From NCBI RefSeq assembly GCF_036971445.1, contig NC_091471.1, positions 45,074,001 through 45,138,000 on the forward strand: DNA of 64,000 nt. The letters are read 5' to 3'. Under the pieces are notes generated by a model. The model was given only the letters and a program-made list of their open reading frames with translations, had not been told where the DNA came from and made no database searches. The position numbers and the translations under genes were made by a program. This DNA comes from Narcine bancroftii. Lineage: Eukaryota. Positions 1-12,385 of this stretch are shown piece by piece (position 1 is the stretch's first letter; the number at the start of each line of letters is the position of its first letter).

Positions 1-829
1 GATGGCAGTATTGCCGCTGGTGCAGACCTGGGAGAGCAGAGAACAGAGACATGGTGCTTCTCTTAAGTGTTCAACCACCCGATTCTTCTGCCAACAGCTT
101 CATTCAGGCTTTAAATACACTCTTGCAACCATGGGGTCTCTGCCCAAGATGCCAGGGCCTGTGCTCAGCAGCTGCCACATAGGGTTTCAGACTGCGGGTG
201 GAGGGGTGGGGGTGGGGGCAGCAGACTGACGCAGGGGAGCAAAAAATAGGAGAACACCCTGTCAAGAAAAAAGCAGTAGAGGAAACCATCCTTCAGAATG
301 GTGACCACGGCAGTGGACCAGTGTGGCCTCAGTCGCTGGGGGGTGGGGGGGGGATCAGGCTGTGGGTGATGCAGTTAGGGGACCCACACGGGCTACAGGC
401 TGTGGCTCATTGGAACCAGAACCAGGTATCAGAGCTGGGTTCACGAGGGTCCTGAGGGCAAGAAGGGCTCCAGAAGGTCCTTGAGCACTGATGGCTTCCT
501 GATTGTATCAGAGGTTTGGATCTGGAGCTCAGTTTGCTGAATAATTGAGGCTGCAGAGGCAGTAGGAGTGCTGGAGATGAATCCCTTCAAAGGGACTCTC
601 TTGCTTTTTTTTAACTTTTATTGTAAGGGGCACTGGGTGCCACTAATAGCGACTCTTTATCTGCCTTTCTCTTAATCTTGATCTTTCAATCCCATTCTCC
701 TACCTCCCTGCCACCCTCCAAACCCTTGATATATTGACTAATAATAGTCTGCCCTTTTATTCCTTAGCTTTGGTAGAAGGAAACTTTCCAACATTATATT
801 TTATTTGGCATTTTTTGCCCATTCAAAGG

Positions 830-1548
830 AATTGATTGTTGATTGTAGACTTCAGGAGGGAGTCAGGGAAAGATAACCCAGTCCTCATTGTAGGCTCAGT
901 AGTGGAGAGGGTCAAGAACATCAGATTCCTGGGTGTCATCTCCAAGGATCTGTCCTGAAGCCTCCATGTTGATAAAATCATAAAGAAAGCCTGCCAGCGG
1001 CTATACTTTGTGAGGTGCTTGAGGAGATTCGATACGTCACTGAAGACACTTGAAAACCTCTACAGGGGTACCGTGGAGAGCATTCTGGCTGGTTGCGTCA
1101 CTGCCTGGTATGGAGTCGCCAAACCTCAGGGCAAGAAAAAGTTGTTGCAGAAGGTTGTTAACTCGGCCTGCGACATCACAGGTACCAGACATCACTCCAT
1201 TGAGAATATCTATGTGAGCCGGTGTCTTAATAAAGGAGCTTCAATCCTCAAAGACCCCCACCACCCAGACCATGCCCTCCTCACTCTGCTACCATCAGAA
1301 AGGAGGAACTGGAGCCTAAAGACAAGCACTCAATAGTAGAGGGTTTGTTTCTTCCCTGCTGCCATCAGATTCCTGAATTATCAGTGAACCAAAGACTCAG
1401 CTTTTGTGGATTATTATTGTTATTTCTTTTTTTATATATTATATTGTTGTTGTAAGATGGTTCATAACATGAATGTTTACACTATGATTCTGCCACAAAA
1501 CATAAAACTTCGTGACTTGTTCATGACAATAAATCCTGATTCTGATTC
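830..1548 (+). mobile_element. Rex1/Babar-type LINE 3' fragment
   Basis: ORF 1010-1336 (LRRF...YRGTVESILAGCVTAWYG...ILKDPHHP..LLPS) is the typical Rex1 RT C-terminus. It ends in AATAAA plus a (CTGATT)n-like tail. Confidence 0.8.
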
Positions 1549-1549
1549 T

Positions 1550-4500
1550 CCTTATCTATCTGTCTCTCTGCAGCCTCTCTATTTTCTCATAAGACCTTCC
1601 CCTTCGCCTACGTTTGTATCAACTGCCAACATAACCACAAAGCCATTTATGCTGCCATGCAAATCATTAATATACAACATAAAAAGTAGTGACCCCAACA
1701 CCGATCCATAAGGAACATCATTGGTAACCGGTCGTCAAGCAGAATAGGATCCTTTTATTTCCCCCTTCATCTTTCAAAACACCAGCGAGAGAGGAACAGA
1801 ATCATCAAGCAATCCTCATATGGTAACTCTTCCATTGCTGGGATCATTCTCTTACACCTCCTCTGGACTCTTACCAATACCAATACATACACCTTTAGAT
1901 ATGGGGCCCAAAAATGCTCGCACTTCTCCAAATGTGTCTGACCAACTCCTTGTAAAGCCTCAGTATTATATCTTTGCCTGTAGCTGATCGTTACACACAG
2001 TGTGGCAGGTTAAACTCACTCCTTTATTAGGGCTGGAATGACTGCTTTTATACCGTTCAAGTTCCCGCCATTTTTGCTGATTGACTGAGTCATCCATATG
2101 AATAACAGTAGCGGGCGGGAACATCCATGCATATGAATGCCCTTCTTCCCCAGCCTGTTTCTGCTGAGTTAGCTGGGCAGCTTGACCAATGCCATTTTAG
2201 GGCTGTTGATCTGATACTGCCCCAGCTTCTATCCTTGCCGGTTCGTTGTCCTGGGAGTTGCTTTAACGATCTCTGTCCGCGATGTGCCCGCCCAATCTTC
2301 ACAATTGCGGACTGCCATATGACACCCTCCCCCCCTCCCCCCCCAGAACTGATGTTAGTCTCTATAGTGTCCGTAGGTTTAGTCCCCAAAGTCTTTTGTG
2401 GTCTGCCTCTGCGTCGAGGTGTTGGTGTCTCCTTGGGTTCTGCTGGGTCTGTGTGGACAGACTTGAGTCTATCTGTAGTGAAGACCTTTGGTTTACCACC
2501 GAAGTCCTGACTAAAGGTGGCACTGTTGTTCCGGATGACTTCTGCAGTGGTGAACAGTGGAGTCTTCTGCGTACAAACACATACTCACAGTCCTTGAGTT
2601 CTTTGGGGTTGTTGGACTTGGCTTTTCCATGTCTGGAGGGTGAGTTCGGAGGCAGGTTACCGACCTTTTCACACAGCCTGACCAGGAAGGTGGTTATCTC
2701 TTCCTGCTATCCTCTGGAACAAAATCCCTGGGAACCACGAGTGGGGCTCCATAGACAAGTTCGGCGGAGGATGCATGGGGATCTTCTTTTGGCTCTGTTC
2801 GGATGACCAGTAGTGCCCATGGTAGCTTGTTCACCCAGATGGGGCCCTTGATCAGGATGAGATGTCTGACGCCATGTTGAGGCATCTCCAATATGAACTG
2901 AGGGGAAAGGATTGCTGGGAATCCTGCTAGCACCTTGGAGAACTCATCTTCTGAGCTGTGGATGAAGTCCAGGTGCATTGCTGGAAACCTAGCACTCTTC
3001 AGTACGATGGTCTGGTAGGTCTCGGTGTGGTCGAGCCATTTACTCTTAAGGTCCACTAGGAGGCTGTTGGCTCGCAGGAAATCCACTCTGAGGAGTAGTT
3101 GTTCCATTGCGGCCAGCATGAACTCCCACAAGAAGTGAGTGCCCCTGAACTGCAGCTCGGTTCTACGAGTGGCGTAGGTACGTATACTGCTGTTGTTGGC
3201 AGCCCTCAACGTGGGTCCTGCTAACCTAGTGTCCAACCTTGTTGGGGATATCACACTGACCTCTGCTCCTATATCTACCAGGTAGGTCTGCCGGACAGGC
3301 GGTCCCAAACAAACAGGAGGCTCTCTTGGAGGCCAGCCATTGTGGCTATCAGCGACGGCTGGCCTTGTCATTTCTGGAACTTGCAGGAGGACTGGCATTG
3401 GCAGGCCTTGGTTCCCCAACTCTGGTGGTAGAAGCACCATCTTTGCTGGACTCGCTCCTGCCTCTTGTCTGCTGTTCCTTGCTTGGGACTGCTCTGGTCT
3501 GATTGCGGGACTTCTTTATGAGCCCCATGGTAGCCGAGCACTTCTATTTCTGTTTCCACAGAATGTCTGCCCATGCTGTGACTTTCCGGGGGTCAGTGAA
3601 ATCCGCATCTGCCAGGAGCAGTTGGATGTCTTCAGGCACCTGTTCCAGGATCGCCTGCTCGAACATGATGCTGGGCTGCTCATCTCCCAGGAGGGCCAGC
3701 ATCTCGTTGATGAGTGCTGACGGGGATCTATCTCAAAGCCCATCCAGGTGGAGCAAACATGTTCCTCGCTCTCATCACAAGAGTCCAAATGTTTCGGTTA
3801 ATAGCTCTTTGAAGGCAGTGTAAGTGCCTTCTGATGGTGGCCTGTGGATAAGGTTGGCCACTCTGTATGCAGTCTCCAGATCCAGGATGCTGACTACATG
3901 GTAGTACCGGGTGGTCTCTGCTGTGATGCCCCGAATCTGGAACTGAGCTTCTGCCTGGTTGGACCACACGCCATGTCAAAGTCCAGAAGGTCGGGAGCTT
4001 CAGGCCGACTGTGCTGACTGCTGCTTCGTTCTCCATTGCTAGGTTTAAATTCCTTCTAAACCGTCGAGGTCACCAATTGTAGCCGACTGCTACAAAGAAA
4101 CACACACACAGTGTGGCAGGTTAAGCTCACTGCTTTATTAGGGCTGGAAAGGTTGCTTTTATACTGTTCAAATTCCTGCCATTTTTGTTGATTGACTGAG
4201 TCAGCCATATGAAAAACAGTAGCGGGTGGGAATGTCCATACATATAAATGCCCTTCTTCTCCAGCCTGTTTCTGCTGAGTTAGCTGGGCAGCTTGACCAA
4301 CACCATTTTAGGGCTGTTGATCTGATGCTACCCCAGCTTCTACCCCCGCTGGTCCGTGGTCCTGGGAGTTGCTTTAGCGATCTCTGTCTGCATCTGCTGC
4401 CGCGCGATGTGCCGGCCCAATCTCTGTAATTGCTGGCCGCCACATGCCTTTATATTTTAGTTCTTTCGAAATGGATGGATTGCATTTGACTCAAATTGCA

Positions 4501-4740
4501 AGTTAACCTTTAACAAATCCTGCAGTAAGTCTTCAGTCCATTTAGACTTCCGCTTTCTGAATACGCTCCCCCAATTAGAAAATAGTCTATTTCTTTATTC
4601 CTACCAAACTGCATGGCAAGTCACTTCCCTAGCTGTATTCCATCTGTCACCTCTTTGCCCTTTCTCCCAATCTATCCAAGACCCTCTGCAGACTCCCTAC
4701 ATCCTCAATACCACTGCCAATTCACCTACCTACCTACCTT
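1550..4740 (-). mobile_element. Degraded CR1 LINE fragment (1550-1978 and 4449-4740) split by a Gypsy insertion
   Basis: The minus strand shows decayed CR1 RT motifs (GVPQGSVLG-like, FADD-like) on both sides of the LTR element. Confidence 0.6.
1979..4444 (-). mobile_element. Gypsy LTR retrotransposon, internally deleted (gag, protease and integrase tail; RT/RNaseH missing)
   Basis: Two similar LTRs (1979-2319, 4078-4444) with outer TG...CA termini. 4-bp TSD TGCC at 1975-1978 and 4445-4448. PBS TGGTGACCTCGACG at ~4062-4075 matches the tRNA-Trp 3' end, with a PPT at ~2320-2345. Gag KLPTFW/QAEAQF; protease YLVDIGAEVS joined directly to integrase LPWALL..IRT...SAELVYG in ORF 2694-3440. Confidence 0.92.
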
Positions 4741-4744
4741 CACA

Positions 4745-4950
4745 CAAATGGCGGTGGTTATATGGAAAGAGCGGCCAGAAGAGGCAGAGGCAGGCTCAAT
4801 TACAAAGTTGAAAAGCCATTTGGACAGGGACTTGGATAGGAAGGGAATAGAGAGATTCAGGCCGAATGCAGGCAAATACATTAGCATAGATGGGGATCAT
4901 GGTCAGCATGGATGAGTTGGGCTGAAGGGCCAGTTTCTATGCTGTCCATC
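4745..4950 (+). mobile_element. CR1 LINE 3' end
   Basis: Reads EAGSITKLKSHLDRDLDRKGIE, followed by the CR1 3'UTR (...gggctgaagggcc...tctatgctgt). Confidence 0.7.
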
Positions 4951-6589
4951 ATAAAAACTCTAAAACTACTAAAATTGATTTTAAAAGTTCACCCTGTAAC
5001 ATGGCACCAATTAACAGGAAATTTTCTGATTTTCCCACTGCCCTTACCTTCATTTTGTTCTGTACTAAATGAGCCGATGTCAGGCTGGCCACCCTTATAG
5101 AAACCAAAAATAATCTCGGCAACAGTTGGGGCTGAGACTGAAAAATCAGCAAATGTTCTTGAGATGATAGTTATTCGGTAATCTGTGCTGGAAATGGCAT
5201 CCAAACACATACACTTGTCGAGGTCGGATTGAGTCAGGATCAATCTTCTAGCCCCTCAAATCTAATGCTCATTATCCAGACAAAACCATGTTAAATGGCC
5301 ATAAAGATGAGGTAGGAAGATGCTAATTATTTGTGAATGTTTATCCAATGTATTAAAATTCATCAGAATGGTGCAGGTCAACACAATTGAATGGTTTCAG
5401 TGAGGAGCCGAGATAAACTTATGGTGGGGAATGTTGAAATGGCACACTGCAAGACTGAGCAAAGCTCAGACTTTTAGAAAATATATTGTGAGCTGCATCT
5501 GTCTGAATATTTCCCAGAACATCAACACTGCCCCTTTAATAATACCAGGTTTTGTGTAAATTAGGCACTAATCGCATTAGCACTGCGTATATTTTGCACA
5601 AAAATTAAAGTCACACTTATTTTAATGCAGTGAAAGCTCAATGAATGTGTCAATACATGAAGCTGCAAAAGGAAAATACACACAAGTAAGATTCTGCTTT
5701 CCAAGAGCAGGATTTTTCCTATTGCTTTCTGAATCAGCACAGCATATGAAATGATCCCCAATATTGATAGGATCACAAAATTTATAACATCCCAAAAGAA
5801 TTTATACGGAGAGTGTTTCAACAGTGCTTGTACTCCCTGGAGAATATCACAGAGAAACAGCTTCAACAGCTATTTTGCTGATTCTCTTGAGGAACGGCTT
5901 ACCCAGAGCCAAGGTTATGATAGGAGATTGGGAGAATATTCCTCAAAATTTTCACCATGACCTTTTGAAGATGAAGCATTTTTGAAGTATTTCATATCTG
6001 GAATGAGATGCTGGATAAAACAATAGAAACAGCTATGATTTTAATGTCCAAAGTCATTTGGACAGATATATGAATAAGACGGGCATAGAACAATATGGAC
6101 CAAAATGTAAGTAAATGGGACTAGTCCAGAAGGCAAACTTGATTGGCATGTACTAGTCGGGGTAAATGGTTCAATAACTCAATGAGATTCATGTCTTAAA
6201 TATGAATCGGTGAAAAATGGCATTGTTTACAAGGTCTGCACGTAAAACCCAATCTTAATTTGTTTATGCAGGTTGTGGGAAGCAGTTTTTTTGAATGACT
6301 TCTATCTTTCTGGTGAATGAACTGCCACAAAGCTCCTGGGCAGAGTCCAAGTGAAAATGAAGGAATGTCATATATTATCAAGTAAGGTTCATGTACAATG
6401 TGGAGAGGAATTTGCCTTCAATCTTTTCTTCTTTGGCTTGGCTTCATACTTAAAAGCTGCAGCTGACAAGTACCTTCTATTTTCCTTAAATCCTGTGACT
6501 GAGAGTAATTTAAATGTTGCTATTGCATCAGTTACAGTCAGCTATGGTTAGTCTGAGCAGTTCCTTTGGTCATTCAGTGTGAAAAAAAG

Positions 6590-8030
6590 CTGTTTTTCAG
6601 CATGTTGGCGCTGGATCTGATACTCCTGTATCTTTTTCCTGGTGAGAGCAGTTGAAAGATGCTGTGCGCAGGATAGAAGGGGTCCTCAATGATTTTGTGA
6701 GCCCTCTTCAGACAATGGTCCCGGCAGATCACATCAATGTTGAGGGGTAGGGGAAGTGGTGGGGGTGGGGGGGGGGAAGAAATGGGAGACTCCAGTAATC
6801 CTTTCTGCCACTCTTATGTGGATTGACCTCCAATCCAGTTCTCTACACAACCATACCACATTTTGAAGCAGCCGGCCAGGACGCTGACGATAGAGCTCCT
6901 TTACATAATGGCGGCCTGTAAACTTGCCCACTTCAGTCTTCACAGTAAATACAGTTGCTGTTGTGCCTTCCTGACAAGTCAGGAGATGTGTGTCCATGAT
7001 AGGTCACTTGTGAAGTGAACTCCAGGGAGCTCTTCATTCTCTCCATTGCAGAGTCGTTGATGTGCAGTGGAGGGTGGTTGTTCCTGGTCCTCCTGAAGTC
7101 CACGATCATCTCCTTCGTCTTGTCCATGTTGATACTCACGCTGCTACTCTCGCACAATTTCACAAGATTTTCAACCTCCTCCCTGTAGTGAAACTCATCG
7201 TTGTTGCTGTTGTGTTATCTGCAAACTTTATGATACTTTTGGAGATGGATTTGGCAGTGCAATCGTGGGTCAATAGTTTGAACAGGAGCAGGCTGAGCAC
7301 ACAGCCCTGAGGTCTACCAATGCTCAGTGTGATGCTCTTGACACCTGCTACCGATCCGGACAGACTGTGGTCTTTTCGTTAGGAAGTCCAAAACCCAGCT
7401 ACAGAGAGGGATGTTGAGTCTCATGATTATATGAAATGCCAAGCTTGGCGAACAAGGCTTTGTTCTCCACATGGGTCAGGATAGAATGAAGGGCCAATAC
7501 TTTGTAACAATTTCTTCTAGATGTGAATTGAAATGGATCTAGTGTCTCTGGGAGGTGTGCTTTGATGCATTCCATCACCAGACACTCGAAGCATTTCACA
7601 ATGGTGGAGGGCTGTAGTCATTGAAGTCTCTTATTGTCACCTTCTTGGGTACCTGGATGATGGTAACTGTCTTGAAACCTATGGGAACGATGGACTGCTG
7701 CAGTGAGATATTGAAGATGTCCGTGAAGATCTCCATCAATTGGTCTGTGGAGACCCTCAGTATTCAACCAGGTATGTTGCATGGTCCCGCCGCCTTCTGT
7801 GGGTTCACCTTAGATAGGGTTTTCCTCAACTCGGTTGCAGCAATTCAGTGGGCCCATTCATCAGGGGGGGATACAGAACTTTCTTCGGCGTCATTCTTTT
7901 CTTCTCATCAAACTGTGCATAGAAGATGTTCAGTCTGTCTGGAAGGGAGGTGTGATTGTCCTTAACTCGCAAAATTGACTGTGATTCAAACCAAATCTGT
8001 TGCAGTAGCAAATGGCAAAGCTTCACACCC
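6590..8030 (-). mobile_element. Rex1/Babar LINE fragment
   Basis: Minus-strand ORFs carry MKCFECLV...LDPFQF, KTKEMIVDFRR and LPDRLNIFYAQF. Confidence 0.85.
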
Positions 8031-8079
8031 AGAGTAACTTAATGCCTTTCACACCTGATATGAAAACAGAAACAGGAAA

Positions 8080-9652
8080 AACCACCTCTCACACCCCCAC
8101 ATGCCCTGATAATCCTTTTCAAGGATGACATGCATGCTGTCTTCAGGAAAGTGAATTGGAGGAAAACATCCATTTTGGAAAAGAGTACCTGGCTAGTATT
8201 AAAATACTTTGCTGATCAAATTACCAATGTATTCATGAATATCTTCAACATCTCCCTCTGGCAGGGCATGGTACCCATCTGTTTCAAACAGGCTTCAATC
8301 ATACTGGTGCCCAAGAAAAGCTTAGTAACTTGCCATAATCTCTATCGGCCAGTAGCACTTACATCAACAGTGATGAAGTGTTTTGAAAGCCTGGTGTTTA
8401 AGCATATCAGCTCCTGTCTGAGCAATGACATGGATCTATTCCTGTTTGTTTTCATATTTACTGGTCTACGGTGAATGCCATCTCACTGGCTCTACACAAA
8501 GCCCTGGAACACCTGGACAGAAAAGATGCATTCAACAGGATGCTCTTTATTGGCTAGAATTCTGCATTTAACACCATTATCCCCTCAAAGTTGATCAGCA
8601 AACAACCCTCTGTAATTGGATCAGGGATTTCCTCATCTTCAGACCACAATCAGTAAAGATCGGTAAGAATGTCTCCTCCACAATCTCCATCAATACCAGA
8701 GCACCATTTAGATCCCTGCTCTACTCATGTTACACCTAAAACTGTGTAGCTTGGTATAACAATTACACCATTTATAAATTTGCTGACAATTCCACAGTAG
8801 TGGAATGTATAAAAAAATGCAATGAGTCAGCACACAGAGAGAGATTGAAAACTTGGTTGAATGGTGCATCAGTAACAACCTTTCATTCAATGTCACCAAA
8901 ACCAAGGAGCTGATTGTTGATTTCAGGAAGGGAAAACCAGAGGTGAACAATTTTGTGATCATTGGTAGATCCGAGGTGAAGGTGAGCAAATTTAAGTTCT
9001 TGGGGGTCACTATCTTGGAGGCTCTTGCTTGGAAGCAACACACTAATGGCATCATGAATAAAGCACATCAGCACCTCTACTTCCTCAAGAGTTTGTGGAG
9101 GTTTGGTATGAATCAGAAACCCTGGCAAATTTGTACAGATGTATGGTGGAAAGTGTGCTGACCGGCTGCATCATGGTTGGGTATGAGGTCAGCAATACCC
9201 CTGAGGATAAGCCCGGAAAAAGGTACTGGACACAGCTCTGGACATCATAGGCAAAACCCTCCCCACATTCAAGAACATCTACAGTGGACACAGCTGTCAG
9301 AGAATAGCAGAAATCATCGAGGAACCACACCACCCAGCACATGCTCTGTTCTTGCTGCTGTTGTCAGGTGCCACAAGACTCACACCACCAGGTTCAAAAA
9401 CAACTGCTACCCCTCCACTATCAGACTCCTTAGTAATAAACTCAACCAGGGACTCATTTAAGGACTCTCACTTTTGCACTTTATTGGGGTTTTTTATTCT
9501 CTGCATTACATAGTTTGCTTACATTTCTTTATTTATTTACATGTGTAGATTGTATAATTTTTTTTTCTTTGCACTGCCAGTAATTGGTAATTCGGCCAGG
9601 GTTGAATGTGATGTCATGAGTGTACACTGAAAATAAATAAATCTGAAATCTG
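8080..9652 (+). mobile_element. Rex1/Babar LINE, 5'-truncated and frameshifted
   Basis: YRPVALTSTVMKCFE, KFAD(D), KTKELIVDFRK and HLYFLK motifs; the 3'UTR ends in aataaataaatctgaaatctga. Confidence 0.88.
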
Positions 9653-10943
9653 ATCCATTTTTGTCTTGATCTCTGGCCATATGCATCTCATGTTACCGAT
9701 GTTGCACAGCTGACCATGAATCTTCTATGCATACCCAGCTTTGCCTTTTGGATTGCATGGAAAAACCTTATCTCTGATATCTCACCTAAACTTTCCTCCA
9801 ATTACCTGAGGCAGATGACCTCTGGTGTTGGCCATTGCCACCCTTGAGGAAGCTGGTGGTTTTCCACTGGATCTATGTCTGTGAAAGCCTCTGATAGTGG
9901 TAACCCCTCCGGCTATCTGGTCATCCGGTCAACCATTGTGAGAAGGTAATGTGCACCTCTGGATACAAGTAGGGCCCCCACAATGTCAATGTGCACATGG
10001 CTGAAGTGGTGACGTGCTGGCTTGAATGTCTATGGTGGAGCTTTGATACGAGTCTGGATTTTGGATGACTGGCACTGAGTGCAAGTCCTGGTCCACAGGA
10101 CGACCTCTTTGCGAAGGCCGTGCTAGACATACCTGTTCACTACTTTGACTGTAGTCCTGATGGCGGGGTGAGCGAAGATGTGGACTGAGTTGAAAACCTG
10201 CCTCTTCCATGCAGCCGGAAAGACAGGGTGAGGATAACCTGTTGAGGTGTCACAGAGCAGCTTGCGATTGCCAGGGGGATCTGGATGTCAACCAGTTGTA
10301 AACCAGTGTGAACCGTCCGGTACACTGGAATGTCAGGGTCTGCTTGCTGTGCGTCAGCCAAGGCCATGAAGTTAATGCCAGAGATAGGATCGAGCACCAC
10401 CAAGATAGCCGGATGGGATAAGGCATTGGCCATCATGTTGGATTTGCTGGCTATGTGTTCAATGTCTGTGGTAAATTTGTAAATGTAGGACAGCTGCCAC
10501 TGTTGTTTGGCTGACCATGGATTGACACCTTACTGAAGGCCAAGGTAAGGGGTTTGTGGTCCGTGTAAATTTTCAACTTCCTGCCTTCCAGGAAGTATTG
10601 AAAGTGCTGAATTGCTAGGTATAAGGCTAACAGTTTTCTATCAGAGACACTGTACTTGAGCTCTCGTGGCCTGAGGTATTTACTGAAAAAGGCCAGCAGT
10701 CACCATTGTCCATTCACCAATTGCTCCAGTACACCCCCGACCACTGTGCTGGAGGTGTCTGTCATGAGTGCGGTCGGAGTGTCTGTCCGTGGATGCACGA
10801 GGAGGGTAGCTTTGGCTAGGGCGTTTTTGGTGGCCTGGAAGGCCTCGGTCACCTCCGGGTCCATTGTATGTTTTTACTAGGTCCTGCCATGAGGGGTAAG
10901 AGTGGACTCATGATGCGGGCCGCTGCAAATATGAAGCTGTGAT

Positions 10944-12346
10944 CTTCTTTCTTCTTTGGCTTGGCTTCGCGGACGAAGATTTATGGAGGGGGTAAAAAGT
11001 CCACGTCAGCTGCAGGCTCGTCTGTGGCTGACAAGTCCGATGCGGGACAGGCAGACACGGTTGCAGCGGCTGCAGGGGAAAATTGGTTGGTTGGGGTTGG
11101 GTGTTGGGTTTTTCCTCCTTTGCCTTTTGTCAGTGAGGTGGGCTCTGTGCTCTTCTTCAAAGGAGGTTGCTGCCCGCCAAACTGTGAGGCGCCAAGATGC
11201 ACGGTTTGAGGCGTTATCAGCCCACTGGCGGTGGTCAATGTGGCAGGCACCAAGAGATTTCTTTAGGCAGTCCTTGTACCTTTTCTTTGGTGCACCTCTG
11301 TCACGGTGGCCAGTGGAGAGCTCGTCATATAACACGATCTTGGGAAGGCGATGGTCCTCCATTCTGGAGACGTGACCCATCCAGCGCAGCTGGATCTTCA
11401 GCAGCGTGGACTCGATGCTGTCGACCTCTGCCATCTCGAGTACTTCGACGTTAGGGATGAAAGCGCTCCAATGGATGTTGAGGATGGAGCGGAGACAACG
11501 CTGGTGGAAGCGTTCTAGGAGCCGTAGGTGGTGCCGGTAGAGGACCCATGATTCGGAGCCGAACAGGAGTGTGGGTATGACAACGGCTCTGTATACGCTT
11601 ATCTTTGTGAGGTTTTTCAGTTGGTTGTTTTTCCAGACTCTTTTGTGTAGTCTTCCAAAGGCGCTATTTTCCTTGGCGAGTCTCTTGTCTATCTCATTGT
11701 CGATCCTTGCATCTGATGAAATGGTGCAGCCGAGATAGGTAAACTGGTTGACCGTTTTGAGTTTTGTGTGCCCGATGGAGATGTGGGGGGGCTGATCGTC
11801 ATGGTGGGGAGCTAGCTGATGGAGGACCTCAGTTTTCTTCAGGCTGACTTCCAGGCCAAACATTTTGGCAGTTTCCGCAAAGCAGGACGTCAAGCGCTGA
11901 AGAGCTGGCTCTGAATGGGCAACTAAAGCGGCATCGTCTGCAAAGAGTAGTTCACGGACAAGTTTCTCTTGTGTCTTGGTGTGAGCTTGCAGGTGCCTCA
12001 GATTGAAGAGACTGCCATCCGTGCGGTACCGGATGTAAACAGCGTCTTCATTGTTGGGGTCTTTCATGGCTTGGTTCAGCATCATGCTGAAGAAGATTGA
12101 AAAGAGGGTTGGTGCGAGAACACAGCCTTGCTTCACGCCATTGTTAATGGAGAAGGGTTCAGAGAGCTCATTGCTGTATCTGACCCGACCTTGTTGGTTT
12201 TCGTGCAGTTGGATAATCATGTTGAGGAACTTTGGGGGACATCCGATGCGCTCTAGTATTTGCCAAAGCCCTTTCCTGCTCACGGTGTCGAAGGCTTTGG
12301 TGAGGTCAACAAAGGTGATGTAGAGTCCTTTGTTTTGTTCTCTGCA
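10944..12346 (-). mobile_element. RTE-clade LINE, 5'-truncated, young
   Basis: 7-bp TSD CTGTGAT (10937-10943, 12347-12353), a GAA-rich 3' tail and an uninterrupted RT frame. Confidence 0.95.
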
Positions 12347-12385
12347 CTGTGATAAAAGTTGACCATACCTGCAAACTCTTGTCAT
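11006..12385 (-). CDS. RTE LINE reverse transcriptase C-terminal ORF (459 aa); about the first 12 codons come from the host Gypsy
   Basis: FVDLTKAFD, GVKQGCVLAP, LLFADD and YLG motifs, with a C-terminal CxxC...H zinc finger. No endonuclease domain. Confidence 0.85.
   Translation of the reverse strand: MTRVCRYGQLLSQCREQNKGLYITFVDLTKAFDTVSRKGLWQILERIGCPPKFLNMIIQLHENQQGRVRYSNELSEPFSINNGVKQGCVLAPTLFSIFFSMMLNQAMKDPNNEDAVYIRYRTDGSLFNLRHLQAHTKTQEKLVRELLFADDAALVAHSEPALQRLTSCFAETAKMFGLEVSLKKTEVLHQLAPHHDDQPPHISIGHTKLKTVNQFTYLGCTISSDARIDNEIDKRLAKENSAFGRLHKRVWKNNQLKNLTKISVYRAVVIPTLLFGSESWVLYRHHLRLLERFHQRCLRSILNIHWSAFIPNVEVLEMAEVDSIESTLLKIQLRWMGHVSRMEDHRLPKIVLYDELSTGHRDRGAPKKRYKDCLKKSLGACHIDHRQWADNASNRASWRLTVWRAATSFEEEHRAHLTDKRQRRKNPTPNPNQPIFPCSRCNRVCLSRIGLVSHRRACS

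Noticed and set aside
1-660. GC-richer segment with short ORFs
   Set aside because: No recognisable coding motifs or termini; probably an unclassified repeat cut by the window edge.
5240-6410. Short ORFs in AT-rich unique DNA
   Set aside because: No domain motifs; the lengths are consistent with chance.
6590-9652. Back-to-back Rex1 fragments as one twin-primed 5' inversion
   Set aside because: Both arms cover the same RT region (KCFE.LV to KTKE.IVDF) and are divergent, so they are two separate insertions.
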